DNA from: the human T2T-CHM13v2.0 reference genome, Homo sapiens
Length of the DNA stretch: 64,000 bases
Assembly: GCF_009914755.1 (NCBI RefSeq)
Contig: NC_060933.1
Reading direction: 5' to 3' (one strand)
The notes under the pieces were generated by a model that saw only the letters and a program-made list of their open reading frames with translations, searched no databases and was not told where the DNA came from. Shown one piece after another: positions 39,581 through 53,929 of the stretch (the first letter of the stretch is position 1; each line of letters opens with the position of its first letter). The position numbers and the translations under genes are program-made.

Positions 39581-40822
39581 GTGAGTGGCAAAGCTTCTTT
39601 TTTACCTCATAAATTAGTGTTAATTTCAAGTTCTGAATTTTTCCATTAATGCACACATTCCCAAGGTATATTTTCTCCTAGCTTTCTTTTATTTTTCTAC
39701 CCTTATTTTCCTTTAGCCTAAATTTATTTATTCTTACAAATTCTTTTCCTGTTATATTGTAAGTTTGCATATAACCTTCCTCAATTTCTGTCTGAAATGA
39801 GGAAAAAGATAGTAATACATTTCCTGAATTAATGTGAACTTTCAAACTATAGGTTATCTGGTAAGATTTGTCAGTACTGGAGCTGAGCCATCTAACTCTA
39901 TTTAAATTGTTTAGATTTTTCTCTCTTGACTCTCTTTGGTTGGTCTTAACCTAGCAAAATGTATCTAACCTAATTTCATTATCTCTTCACCAAGAAGAGA
40001 CACACAGAGAAATAAAGAAGCTTTTATTTTTACGAAGATATTTTCTCACTCTTGAATAGGTACAAGTCACTTAATATGCCAAACTCTCTGGCTTGTTCAG
40101 AAACTGTGTAAAAATCTTCCCATTGGTTTCTGTTAAGAGCATTTTTCATTGAAAATATAGGCCTTTATTGTCTTTAACATTGAAGTAACTTTGTAGTTTT
40201 ATTCAATTATGAGCCAGCAGATCCTTAGTTTAGGCCCTTATATTGCATACCTAATTAGAACTTTCCCCAAAGTTCAACTGCATGACCTTAATGTATTGGA
40301 GCACGTCTTACAGGTGGACTTAAAACTCTAGAATTTCCTGAGTCGTTGTTATTTTCCACTGAAGGTCTTTCCACTGTACAGCATTTCAGGCATCATCACT
40401 ATGACTCTTTTTTCTTGACTGTTGCTTGTTTTCCCACTGCTCTTTTCCCCAATGGCGAGCTGGGTGTGCCATCTCTGGGGCTCTCTTATAGGAACTCACA
40501 GTCTAGCCTACTGTATTTTGTTTTCGGAGAAGTGAAAGTGAACACTGTTATTTGCCATCATACCTCCATCAAGAATTTCACTTCACTAGGAAATATATGG
40601 GCCTTTCATGGAACTGATGATTACTGTGGCTGATGTGAGTGTTGGGTTTAGGATGCTCAGCATGTGGTAGTTGGAAGTTTTGTAATCTAAGATGGAAATG
40701 AGTGGGCCATTTAAATGGCCATCTAAAGGTCACAGTGACTGTCAGAAGAAGTAAGAAGAGAGTATAATTCTTCAGCTCCTGGACTTCCATAGGAAAGCTT
40801 GAAATCTTATACCCAGATTACC

Positions 40823-40848
40823 AAAAAAAAAAAAAAAAAAAAAAAAAA
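40823..40848 (+). repeat. A26 homopolymer with no recognisable upstream SINE
   Basis: Read directly from the sequence. Confidence 0.95.
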
Positions 40849-42243
40849 GACACCAAAAAACAAACAAAACGTTTGTAAGAATTAGGACTATAAGATATGA
40901 TATCCAAAAAAAAGTTGAACTACCACATGTTAAATAATTTAATGTTTGGTGTGACAAATATTAACAAATGTTAACATTTTAATATTTTTTTCTGATTATA
41001 AAAGTAATAGATATTTGTCAAAATTCTACACCACCTTTTAAAATCACCTTTGTTTCTGTGTTATTACCAGTGCAGTGCCCCTCAGAAGGAGTAGTCACTG
41101 CTCTTGAGGCTGCCTCCACAGGCCTATGTCTTGGCTTCTCTAGTCCATAAGTGCTTCCTTAAAGATTTAACGTTACCCACATCAGTCCCAAAGGGTTTTT
41201 GAGAGAACAGCAGGGAAGGGCAGCAGGATTATTTCATCCACATTCAGGGTGTTATATCTAGAAATATCATAATTGCAAGTAAAGATGGTGAAGCTTGTCG
41301 CTTTCCTCACAGTGCTGTGCTTCATCTTGATCGTGCATATCACATTTCTCATGGAACATTTCCTTCCTTAAGCAGTCGGTACCTTTAAAAGAGCATGTCT
41401 TAACTGAATGTCATTATCACCAAAAGTCTATTCAAATGATAACATAGAGCTATGGTTACAGATGTAAACTGAGATCTGTGAAATATTTTTGGATGAAAAT
41501 AGCAGCCTCTTGACCAGATTATTTTTCATATAATGTTATATTTATGGAAAGTTTCTTAGAATGATCCTCATCAAAATGCTTGTAGTAGTTATCTTTAGTG
41601 GAATAATAATACGAGGAGCAACTTCATTTGGGGGGAACAATGTCTAAGTTTGTAATAGTTTGACAGGGGCAATGACTGAAAGTCTGGATTCTTTTTCACC
41701 AAGAGTCCTCAGGAAGGAATCATCACCCTTGTGAGTCCACTGCAGTCCAGTGTCTGTGCCCCAGTCTTCATTGATGTTCCATGGTGATCAGACTCAGAGA
41801 GGATGGCTTTGAATAATACAATTTACTTATGTGGGGAATGAAACGCACCTTTCCAGGGAATAGGATGCTCTGCCTGTATGTCGTGTTAAGGGTACACTTT
41901 CCTGACATAGGCATTCTTCTGAAGTTTAAATGGTAACCTAACAAGTTCATGGCCGGCAGGAAAGCAGAGTAGTTTTGTGTGGTATTTCATCCAGGCAAAA
42001 GTAAGTCCAGGTAAGCTATTTTATTCTGCCTATTTCATAAATATATATGTGTCTGCCAGTGTCAGTTTCAATATTTTTTTCTGGAGCTGTGGGCATTCCT
42101 TTTCTGAACTCTAGACTGTCCATTCTGCCTTCCTCTTCATACAACTGGAAAATAATAAGAATTATTTAGATGTCATAATCAATTTATTTCACCAAACAAT
42201 TATCACTTGTCTTGCCATATAGTATACATTTTTGAATCAGACA

Positions 42244-42410
42244 CAGTTTTTATTCTGTCAACCTTGGCATTACTGACATTTTAGAGCAGATAATTCTTCG
42301 TTGTGGAGGACTGTCATGTGCATCATAGGATTCCAGCAGCCTTCACCAAACAGGCATTGCCAGCTATCCCCTGGGAGGCAAAATCACCCTCATTTAAGAA
42401 TCCACGGGTC
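42244..42410. mobile_element. MER20
   Basis: caaccttggcattactgacatttt...gataattcttcgttgtgg...ggcaaaatcaccc. Confidence 0.8.
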
Positions 42411-43253
42411 TACAGCGAAGATATAGACAGAAAGAGAACATTTTCAATATTTGTCATTTTTAGAGAATATCTTGGTTGGAAGAACTGAATTCAAGACTGA
42501 CAGAACAGAAATTGTTAAATGTTTTTAAAAACAAACCTGGATTTTTTTCTTTTTTCAAATCCAAATTTCTTTTTTGTTAGCAAAGCAATAAAGTCTGGTA
42601 ACATGTGCATATCAGCTACTATATACTTATTAATTATATAATCTCATTTAACAATTTAACATTACCTGTTCTTATAGAAATTGAACAACCAAATTGAATA
42701 CTAATCAAGTTTCACCTAAGATTAAAATTCTGTGATGTATGTGTATATGCACATAGTAGTCACTGAGTAAATATTTATGAAATGAATAAAAGGCAGCAAA
42801 TCATTATTCATTATTTGCACGTCAGGCTTATAATGACTGTGGCTGGAGGAGTGCGATCAGACAATAACAAATGGCCTTTGCCTTTCCACGGTTTCTCCTT
42901 TAAATGTAACAGATCTAATTCACACACATGTCTGCATATTGCTCTAAAGCAAGGCATTACTTTACTTATCTGCATCACAGGAGACATATGATTAAATTGT
43001 AGAGCCCAGCAGTACTCCAGAGAGCCTATGAAACATGCATGCAGTACTCATCTTGTTGGTTGAAAATTCTGATCTTGGAACTTCTGGTCAGCTGGGGATT
43101 GAAAATGAGTGGACAAGTGGTTCATCCCTGAAGCAGCAGCAAGGGCTGCATCTCTTCAGTACCCACGAGGTGGTGCTGCTGCACCAGTTTCTTATGTTGC
43201 TCTTAAACTACCACCTCCCTTCTCTAGTGCCTAACCAGAGCTCTGGCCACACC

Positions 43254-43256
<3 letters not shown>

Positions 43257-43302
<46 letters not shown>

Positions 43303-43316
43303 CGAGCGAGCGAGAG
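43257..43316. repeat. (AG)n/(AGCG)n microsatellite
   Basis: Read directly from the sequence. Confidence 0.95.
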
Positions 43317-45399
43317 ATTGTTGTACAGTGGGGTGCTTTAGCCCAAGGGATGACAATAGAGCATCGAAAGTACTGCTCGTGATGCATTCAAAGTGTTGAA
43401 TTCCAAAGGACAATTTTTTAGTTTAGTTTTTCATTTAACTGTAGAAAAAGAGCTGCTGTCCCTTGGGGCAAGTTAGAGTTTTTCTGAATAAGTAATAAAC
43501 AACACTAGTATAAAGCTAGTAACTGCAAGAGGCTAATAGAATGACTGGTGGGCAAGCATAAGTTTAAAATGTCTTCCATTATATGAAGGCTGTTTATTTT
43601 TAAAATGCTCATTATTAGCAGTCTTTCTAGAATATGAAATACTGGAATTTATGCAGAGGTATTTGAATATTTTGGTAACACTATTGTTAGTCGTTTATTT
43701 ATTCAGAGCTTCAACCTACAGCTTTTGAAAAGCTCCTCTGGTAAATTATTCGTGCAAGGAGAATTTTGTGGCGGATACAGGAAAGGATTTGTTTACTTGA
43801 GCAGATTTTTTCCTCTTATGTATAATGGCCAGTTTTTAAAAAATGACAACTAATGGAAAACAAGCCTTTTGGTGCTCTTCTGTGGATTTATTGATCCTAA
43901 AATGGTGTGTGCTTCATGGAGATCCTTTAGCTCATCCAGCCACCTTGCTTGGTAATGTCACAGGTGTGGCCTTTGTTCATCATACAATTAAATGGACAAC
44001 AATGATGACATTAGACTTATTTTCAAGACATTATATTTTCTTTTATTTCTGTGTCCAATTTTAAATACTTTAATAATTAACTTTTAAAAACCTAAAACAT
44101 TTTAATGAAAAATAAGTTTGGCTGTAGTGGTCTCCATCCAGTTAAATTTGTTCTTTCTTTCGTTTTCTTTAACAATATTTCACTTTTGTGTAATTATTAA
44201 AGTAATTGCTGCCCCAGCTAAAAAAATGCTACAGGTTGCTATCCAAAACTACCGGGTTATTAAGTAGAGTCATCCTGTTACAGGGCAGAAATGAAAATGC
44301 TAACAAATCTTAAGAAATGAAAAGTTAGCTGAATGGGCTAAAGACTTCATATCCAAAAGGGAGAACCAGTTTCCCTGTCAGCTTCAGCATTCTTCTGATA
44401 TTTAATGCAGGTTTTATATTATGTAGTATTTTTATTACCTGTCCATTAGAATAAATTGCTTTGCTTCTGAATGACTTTACTGTATGGGAAAAGTTATCCT
44501 TGTGGCAAGTCCTATTACTGCAAACCCCTTCCCTGTGCCCTGCAGCACCTTCTGTGTTCACCAAAAGAATATGTGAGGATTGGCACTTTGTAGGATAATA
44601 GGAGGCTACTGAGGACATTTCCTTCTCCCCGTAGCCCATCTAGGGGGTTGTGTGAAGTCACAGGTGATTGGTGTGCCTGAGGACTGAAAGAAAAAGAATT
44701 GACCCCAAGTGGTATAGATTTAGAATTTATTCAGAATTTTTTCCTTTTCTTCTTTCTTTCTTATTTTCTCTACTAGTATGATTGATTGGCCGTAGTCATA
44801 AGTGAATCTCTGGAAGAAGAACAAAATTGTGCACAGACAAAAACAAGGGAACATAGAGATATATAAAACACACATTAAGACAGAATGGCCTATTTTGTTT
44901 TTACAATATAAAAATGATCAGGAAGAAGGATTAAGGATGGGACTTTAGAGATAACAAATGATGTTTTTATGGTATCACACAGAAGGAAGAAGGCGGTAGG
45001 GTTTGGAGACAGATCACTGTAAAAATCTTAGATTTGATTATAAAATTTAAGAGAAGGACATTTTAAAAATCTAGCAAAAGGAGTTAAAAAGAAGTATGGA
45101 TTTCTGGTAGTTGCTGTATGTTTACCATGAATGTTTATTGTATACATTGATCACTTCCTGCAGCTTAAATTAATTAAAGATCTGTGGTATTTTTGTAAAT
45201 AAGCCAGCAGAGCAGGTTTGTGGGTTTTAAGAAATCTTAGGAAGTTGTAGCAGATCCTAAATGCAACTATTAGTTTTAAATACTCTATTTGGAGATAAAG
45301 TTTTCAAATAGGACTGTTGTATGAATATTTAAATATTAAATCACATCTTTCAATGCAGCGGATGTCTGTTCTGATTGCTGTCATTGCATAACAAACTTA

Positions 45400-45626
<227 letters not shown>

Positions 45627-47849
45627 AAATTTGGCATTGTTCATGGGTCACAAATGCATCCGTCCTCACAGTGGTGTAGCACAGTGCCTTTGGTTTCTAT
45701 GTCTTTAGACCTTTCTAGGACTTTTACATTTGAAATCCTATTTCTGCAACCAAATAGAGGGAGAAATGAATTTTGGAATAGCAGGATTTGCCCCTGGGCA
45801 TTCGATGACCTCTGATTTGTGTTTGACAAGTGAACAAAGCCCAGGCACAAGTGTTCTCTGAGTGAAGAACATTATTTTGAAAAGGAATTTACACTACAAT
45901 GATGACTGAGCTACAAGCCTTTCCGTGTCTGGCTGAGACCATACTATTCTGCTTAGAAGCCTCTGTACACTTTAAAATTTGTACCTGAAGGCAAATAATA
46001 GTGAACCTGCAAGCCAAAGATTATAGTTTTGAAAGGTATATCAATTCTGAAAATAGAGTGGTTTCACTGTGGTATTCCATCTCAAGAGTTGAATCAAGGG
46101 GGAGAAAATACAATCACACTTCCTATTTCTTAGACGAAGGCGCATGTTCTCTTGCCAACTGACTCATGTTATCAGATATACTGAATACTAAAAATAGAAT
46201 TATTGAGAGGTAGAGATAGGGTCTGCCTCTTGTGCTGTAAGATCACTCAGAGTTCTATTTAGTTAATGTTACAGCAATGTTCGTGAGCAACTTGGCTTTC
46301 TTTCTGAAAGAATCAAGGTTGTATTTGACAGGGCCTCTGTTAATGCATTTTAGGAAATGTAAAGACATATTGATTATCTTTCATCATGCTAAAAGAAAAG
46401 AAGTAGTGTCGTAAAGGCAATCAGAAAAAGTCAGTATGTTCCACATTAACTCATGTACCGATTTATTCATAGGCTCAGGTATTTTTAAAGACAGAGAAGT
46501 TCTAAGAAAATAATAAACATTGACAATGATGAGAAAACTTATTGCTTAAACAGTAATCAGTAGTGTTAATGTGCACAAAAAGTGCTTTGAATAGTGAACT
46601 ATTCTAAAGGAGGAGTAAGAGGTACTATACTACAGATGACACGGTTGTGGTATGGTATGTGGTGTCTTATTATTTAACACGGCCAGTATAAAATTATATA
46701 ACATCATTAAGATAATGTTCTTCAGGATTTCAACATACATATGTCTCCAGCTTTGTAAGGTTTTTAAATAAGTGTAGTGCAAAAAAAAAAAAAGTACATT
46801 AGTAGCTGTATAGTACTTAACTGTCAGAATGATTTGCTACAGGGACTAGATCCTATTGCAAGCTGTCAAATTTGTATATTGCTGTAATACCAAACCATAA
46901 AATCTTTTGAGTAAAATGGAAAATGTCAGATGGGCATGGCTACAAATAATATACTTTCTGAAGGCTGTAGATGTCTATAGGAGAAAATGTGTAAATGCAT
47001 GAAATGTTATCTTGTTACTATGGATTTTTCTTTATCTGTTGAGAGAAAAACTGTGAGACAAAAGGAAATTGACTGGAGCCTTTAAATTTTCAGTTTTGAA
47101 GTCATTTTTTCCTGAGGGCTAATTTTAAAAACATTATTAGACAGGTGGGACTTCAGATAATTCATGATTAAAGAGTATTGTGAAAAAGTAATCTTATTTT
47201 CTAGCTTGCATTGACGAATGCTCCATTTTTTTCTGATCTTGTCTGTGTGAGTGGTGATTACTGACAGATCTTTTAATTGAGTGAGTGAGCCAGGTTGGAG
47301 TTTCAGAGACAGGGTCATTCCTTTCACTCTAGTACTGCCTGGGTCAATACCAACAAACACATGCCAAACCGAGGCAGCTGTTAGACAGCTCTAAACAATC
47401 TGTAGGGTTTTGCTTGGTCAACAGTGATTGAAAGCAAGAGAGGTTATAGTTTTGGAAAGGTACGGTCATTATTGTGTAACAATGAATTCATTATTCTTTG
47501 TTTTTCTGAGAAGAAGGGGGTCAGGAATTAGTTACTTTTCTTTGTTTCATATTTTAATATAAATTAGGTTATTCATTTCCTCAGAAGGGTGGGTTTTAAA
47601 AATCCACAAAGAAAGCTTTTTGTGTAAAGTGAGAACATTTTCATACTTGGAGTTAGAATTTCACTGTGGTATATTTTAGGTGTGGTCCCACAATTAAGTG
47701 AAGTCTTTATCTAACATGAGCTCCTGGTTAGACACAGATACTAGGACTGTTTTAGCCAGCCATGGGCTGGATTTATTGATCTCAATATCAAAGTTTCTCT
47801 GCATTCATCTATATCATGCTTTAGATCACATAATTATAAGAAGCCTCCC

Positions 47850-48040
47850 TTAGGTTGAGATGGAGAGTACAGGCTCTGGGTTAAGACTGCCTGAGCCCTG
47901 TATCCTCCACTTGGGCAACCTTGGCTATGCAGATTAACCCTCTGAAGCTCATCTGTAAATTATGGTTGTTGTGAGGATGAAATGAAAAAGTTAACAGTCT
48001 GACACAGAGTTTGCACTCAAAGAACGTTAGCAATATTAGC
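47850..48040 (+). mobile_element. MIR
   Basis: ctcatctgtaaa...gttgttgtgaggatgaaatga core. Confidence 0.65.
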
Positions 48041-48666
48041 TGTTATTCTCTTAAGTGATTTTTCCCCCTTTATTTTTCTAACACTGTTAAGAACATAACT
48101 GTATTTTAAACAGCCTCTGGGCAATTTGTAAACAACAGGAATTTTCTTTGAATGGAGGCCTGTTAAACTGGCGTGTTCTGTCATCTCCGAGGGAGCAGGG
48201 CATAGAAGGGCTGTTCTGCAAACGTCTGAGATTCCACCAACTTCCCCTGCAGTTATTGCTGAAAACCATAAGATGAATAGGTTGATGTTCTCTAAAACAG
48301 AAGTTCAGAGATACAGCTCTTGCTTCATTTTGAGCACGGGCATCGCATGTTGAAAAGCGATCTTGTTCAGGACGGTTTTGCTAAAAATGCCATTTCCTTG
48401 CATGGTACAGCTGGGAGTCTTCAGCGGTTTGGGGCCTAGAGAATGACTATGACCCATGAGTACTGTTATTTACCAGGATACCCTCTCATCTATTTCTGGC
48501 TTTTTCTCCACCTTCTTGTAGAGGAAATGAATTCGACAGTCTCTCAGAAGGCATTGGGATTCTTTCAAAGCACAGGGGCCAGCAGTCAGAAGAGTTCAGT
48601 CTCTGCTATGGTGTCTTTTGGCTGAGCCATTTTGCCTTTGGGGGATAAATCACTGTTTGGAACAGA

Positions 48667-50446
48667 GCTGTGGTTCTCAAAATGTGATCAGCAGACTGTT
48701 TCCAAGCCCTTTTCAGACATCCTAAGGCATTGAATTTTAGACTAACGATGCAAGTGCAACGGCTGGTAAAGCTACTGATGTGGCAGTAAATAAGAAGCAG
48801 CTCTCCTAGGAAAGGGGAAAAAAGCCCCTCATTTGTTGTGTTTGCACATTTCATTGGTTGAAATATTCTCACCGTGTCCAGTTTCAAACTACCAATATAA
48901 TGTGAACCAACTCTCAAAATTCTTGAAGATCTAGCAGTCGCTCTCAGGAGCTTGTACAAGCTTGCTGCAGCTCACTGTTGAAAATGGCTGGCACTTACCA
49001 TACATCAAACCAAGGCATCAAATTGCACTAGTAACCATTGTATTCTCCAATGCCAGGCATCTGGCATTAAAAAAAAAGCCAGTTTCACTTAAGAAGGTCC
49101 TTGAAATTTAAAATGGTTAATTATATTAAGTCTGGATTCTTGAACATGTGCCTTGTTTACATTCCGTGTGATACGATAGGAAATACTTAGAAAGCACTTC
49201 CACTGCCTGCTATAATACATCATGGCCTTGAGGTAAAACATTTTAGTGATAGTTTGAGTTGCATGCTGTACTACCAGTTTTTTCATGCAACCTTTTTTTT
49301 TTCTATAATGAATGCCAAGCAATCATTACTTTGATTTGTGTATTTGGCAGACATTTTCTAAAAAGTGAATGACAAGATTTGTTGCCTGTGAAAGAATTTG
49401 AGCTTTCTACATGAAAACTGGAATTTTAGAAAACTTGTATCCATCAGTGTGATAATTTCCCAGTACTTACAGGCTTTTTAAATGAGATTAGTGGTGATAT
49501 TAATTAATGTAGACTTTGATATTTTGTAATAAAATGTGCCAACATTTGGAAGATTGGTGTAACTCAGTGACAGTATTTTGTATTTTTTGTTTGTTTTTGG
49601 AGCAGGGTCTTGCTCTGTCACCCAGGTGGGAGTGCAGTGGCGCCATCATGGCTCATTGCAGCCTGTATCTCCTGGGCTTAAGCGATCCTCCCACCTCATT
49701 TTTAAATTTTTTTGGTAAAGATGAGGTCTGATTGTGTTGCCCAGGGTGGTCTCGGGCTTCTGGGTTCAAGCAGTCCTCCCGCCTCGACCTCCCGAGTAGC
49801 TGGGATTACAGGACTAAGCCACCGCGCCTAGCCCTCGAGAGTATTTTCGAAATGATGAATGCATGATGTTACCAAATTATGCCTGGGCAAACTATCTGTT
49901 ACAAATGCCTGATAGACTAGTGGATTTTAAGCTACTGCAGTACATGGTATGAAAAGTTCATTACCTTTAGGAACTACCATTGAAGTTTTGGTGAAGTATC
50001 ATGAAGAATGTCCATGATTATCTGGAAAGGTTATTAAAATACATCTCCTTTTCCAAGTATTTATGTGTGTCAAACCACATAGTCTTCATATACTTCAACC
50101 AAACAACATATTACAACAGACCAAATGCTAAAGCAGATATGAGACTCTAACTCTCTTTTATTAAACCGGGCAGAGATTGGCAAAAATTTAAAACAACGCC
50201 ACTCTTCAAGCTGTTTTCTTTTTGTTTTAGAAAATATGGTTATTTTCATAAAAATATTTTACTATGTAATGGGTTTGTTATTTTTAAATGAATTCATAAA
50301 TATATATTTTTAAAAATTTCCATTTTTAATTTCTAATGTAAAAAATATTGTTAGATAAAACCCACATAAATAGAAGTTTTTTGTGATCCTTAATAACGTT
50401 TAAGAGTATAAAAGAGTCCGGATACCAAAAAGTTTGAAAACCACTG
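48667..50446. mobile_element. Charlie1-type hAT transposon with a nested MER63-like element (~48780-48980)
   Basis: Termini ctgtggttctcaaa and tttgaaaaccactg; transposase-derived gccagtttcacttaagaaggtccttga. Confidence 0.75.
49590..49832 (-). mobile_element. AluJ with internal deletion, nested in Charlie1
   Basis: gagcagggtcttgctctgtcaccc...gccaccgcgcctagcc. Confidence 0.82.
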
Positions 50447-50866
50447 GAATAGAGAGAGGATCCCCTCATAATATAGTATCCTTTCTTCTTCAATCCAGTG
50501 TTCTCACATTCCTTGCAATGATTTTGTTTGTTTATTATTTATGATATCCTGTAACTTATCAGGTGGAAGGGAATAGTTCTGTCCTCCACCATTTTAGGCA
50601 CATGGCCTTTGCTTTCTCTTGTTCCTTATTTTATGTCATTGTCATGTTTTTTTTTTTTTCTTCTTCTTACTGGCAAGAACGTGGAGAACAGAGGAGAGGG
50701 ACAGCTATTGCATACTGTCTGTGTACCTTGTTACATATTTGAGTTTATTGATTTCTAACTGCTTCCTATGAATTTAATTTGAAACTGTTAACTGTTCTTC
50801 TCCCTCTCCCTTGACCCAGTAGCTCCTAGGATAGTAGTGTTAATACTAATTCTAAATCAGGGATGA

Positions 50867-51207
<341 letters not shown>

Positions 51208-52388
51208 AGGATTTTATTTCTTAAAGGAGTAGACTTTTGATGTAGCAGTTGCGTGGGCATGCATATTTGTTTTAGATTGTTTAGAGATGGTTTACATTGT
51301 CAAGTCCTTCTGCAGGTTATAATGTGAAAGACAGCTGTTCCTCTTCCCCTACTGTCCTTACTTCCCTTTTCTCAAAGGAAACCAAATTCAACCATCTTTG
51401 TCTGTCTGTATCTCTCAATCTGTCCGCCCATCCATCTCTTTATTGTCATTTGCCTCTAAAGAGCTAAATAATATGCCTGTATTTACTTTGTTTTTTAGTC
51501 TCAAGCATGACCTATGACACCTTATTTTGGAGAGGGGAAGATTTAGCTCAATTTGCTTCGGTCAGTTGCACTATACAGATGTGTCCTTCTTCTCTCTCCA
51601 GTAGTGTTCCATGTATTTTACATACAGTGGTTGGATAGGTAATTGAGGGTTTATGTTATTATTGCTTTGTAAACACAATTTATTCATAGTTGAGCCATGC
51701 TTACATCTCCTCAAGATATTCAGATACACCAGGATGCATATGAATTTCATGTCCTTTGAGAAACCTGTCCCGGAATCTTCTGTCCCGTTACAGTTTTTGA
51801 CTGCCTGTCATCTACCTGATTTGGTGTTTACCTTCCATGAGGCTGTCCTTGGATGTCTGATAATCCTTGGTTGCTTGCCCATTTTTAATAACGGGAGCTG
51901 AGCAGAAGCCTGGTGCTGGTGGGTTGGGTCGGATAGTTAACTTGAAATATTATGATCTGGCTGGGCATTTTATTGGGAAGATACTGGTCAGGTTCTCTAG
52001 AGAAGACTCGTCCAGTCTCCAGACTGAAGGGTAAAAGCCTGGCTGTGGGCTCCTCAGAGCCCAATGAGGCAGGAGGGCAGGTGGTCTCAGTGCTCCTTAG
52101 GGAAAAGGTCAGTAAGTCCACTTTTTTCCCAATATCGACTCTACCCTCAGCAATGGCTAGTGTTCTAGAGACTCTCTTTTACTGGCTCTGAGAGTAAACC
52201 TTCAGGTTTTTTTCTTATTTTGTGGCAGTGGAGTTGCCTAATTTCATAGACTGAAGAAGGAGTCTGGGAAACTAACCTCTTGTTCAGCGGCTTTCAGCCA
52301 GTTCTCCGTACATTACCCCTCACCCTAATTTCAGCACTTCCAGAGACACCTGGTATCACCAGTATCTTTGGCAAGTCCTGGAGTATGA

Positions 52389-52693
<305 letters not shown>

Positions 52694-52799
52694 ACTTTTG
52701 GCTTTTTTATTTTGCCTTCTTAGGATGCAGCTTTCTCAGTTTTGCTGAAGTTGTCACTTGTCTTACTTTCTAGCTTCCAAAATTTTCTTTACTTTGTGT

Positions 52800-53110
52800 T
52801 TTCTTTCCTTTCTTTTTACTTGTTTATTTTTGAGACAGGGCCTTGCTCTGTTGCCCAGGCTGGAGTGCAGTGGTGCAGTCATGGCTCACTGCAGCCTTTA
52901 CTTCCTGGGCTTAAGTGATCTTCCCACTTCAGCCTTCTGAGTAGCTGGGAATACAGGTTTGCACTACTATTTCCAGCTAATTTTTTTTTTGTCAGGGTGG
53001 GGTCTTTCCTTCTTGTCTAAGCTGGTCTCAAACTCCTGGGCTGAAGTGATCCTCCTACCTTAGCCTCCCAAAGTGCTGGGATTATAGGCATGCGCCACCG
53101 TGCCCAGCCC
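52800..53110 (-). mobile_element. AluJ, antisense
   Basis: gagacagggccttgctctg...ctcctgggctgaagtgatcc. Confidence 0.87.
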
Positions 53111-53929
53111 CCTTTTTTTTTTCCCCACCATTTGAACTTACAGAATTATTCCCTTTACTGTTTTAAGGGAATCTGTGGAAGGGGTGAAATTAGATTTGTG
53201 TGTTTAGTTTTGCCTTTTAACCCAGAAATTCCATGAAGTGACCATTGATGTTTTTGATATGGGGACACAATGCTATTGACTTCTTTTTTTCCACTTTGAG
53301 GAGGAATTGACTTCTGAAACTATTAGAAATATAAACTAATTTTTCCCTTATTTTAGGAGTAATTACAGAATATATATGAAAATTATGGAAAACTAGACCT
53401 AAGAAGCACAAACTTTATGAAACTCTTAATTAAATTTTTGTATAAATACACTTTAATTTCTTAAAACTAGAGAAAATGTTTCTGTTTATGGATATAAATA
53501 ATTATGGAAATGAAATAGCATTAGCAAAAAATAGAATTTGCCACATATCTTTAGTAAAATAATGTATCATAACCATGAGATTTTGGTACCGTATGTAAGA
53601 GATAGTTTTGGGGACCAAAGTAGACAAAAAAATTCTAATGGCTTTCAGTTCTGGATTTAGTAAATTAAATATTTTAAATTAAATTAACTGAAAATATTGC
53701 TTGCGAGTGAACATTTTTGCTGTCTCAACATTTTGATGTCTAACAATTTATGGAAGATACCAGCTTGACTGTGACTGTCACTTCCCCATAAGAACAAAGA
53801 GGTGAATTCATTGCCGATGGCTAATGACCAACAGTTCTTTGCAGCATAAATTCCTATAAGCTCTTGTTTGGTCTGTCAGGATCAGAGCAGATTAATGTTT
53901 TTAAGGAGGGAGCAGAATTCCTGGTGGTC

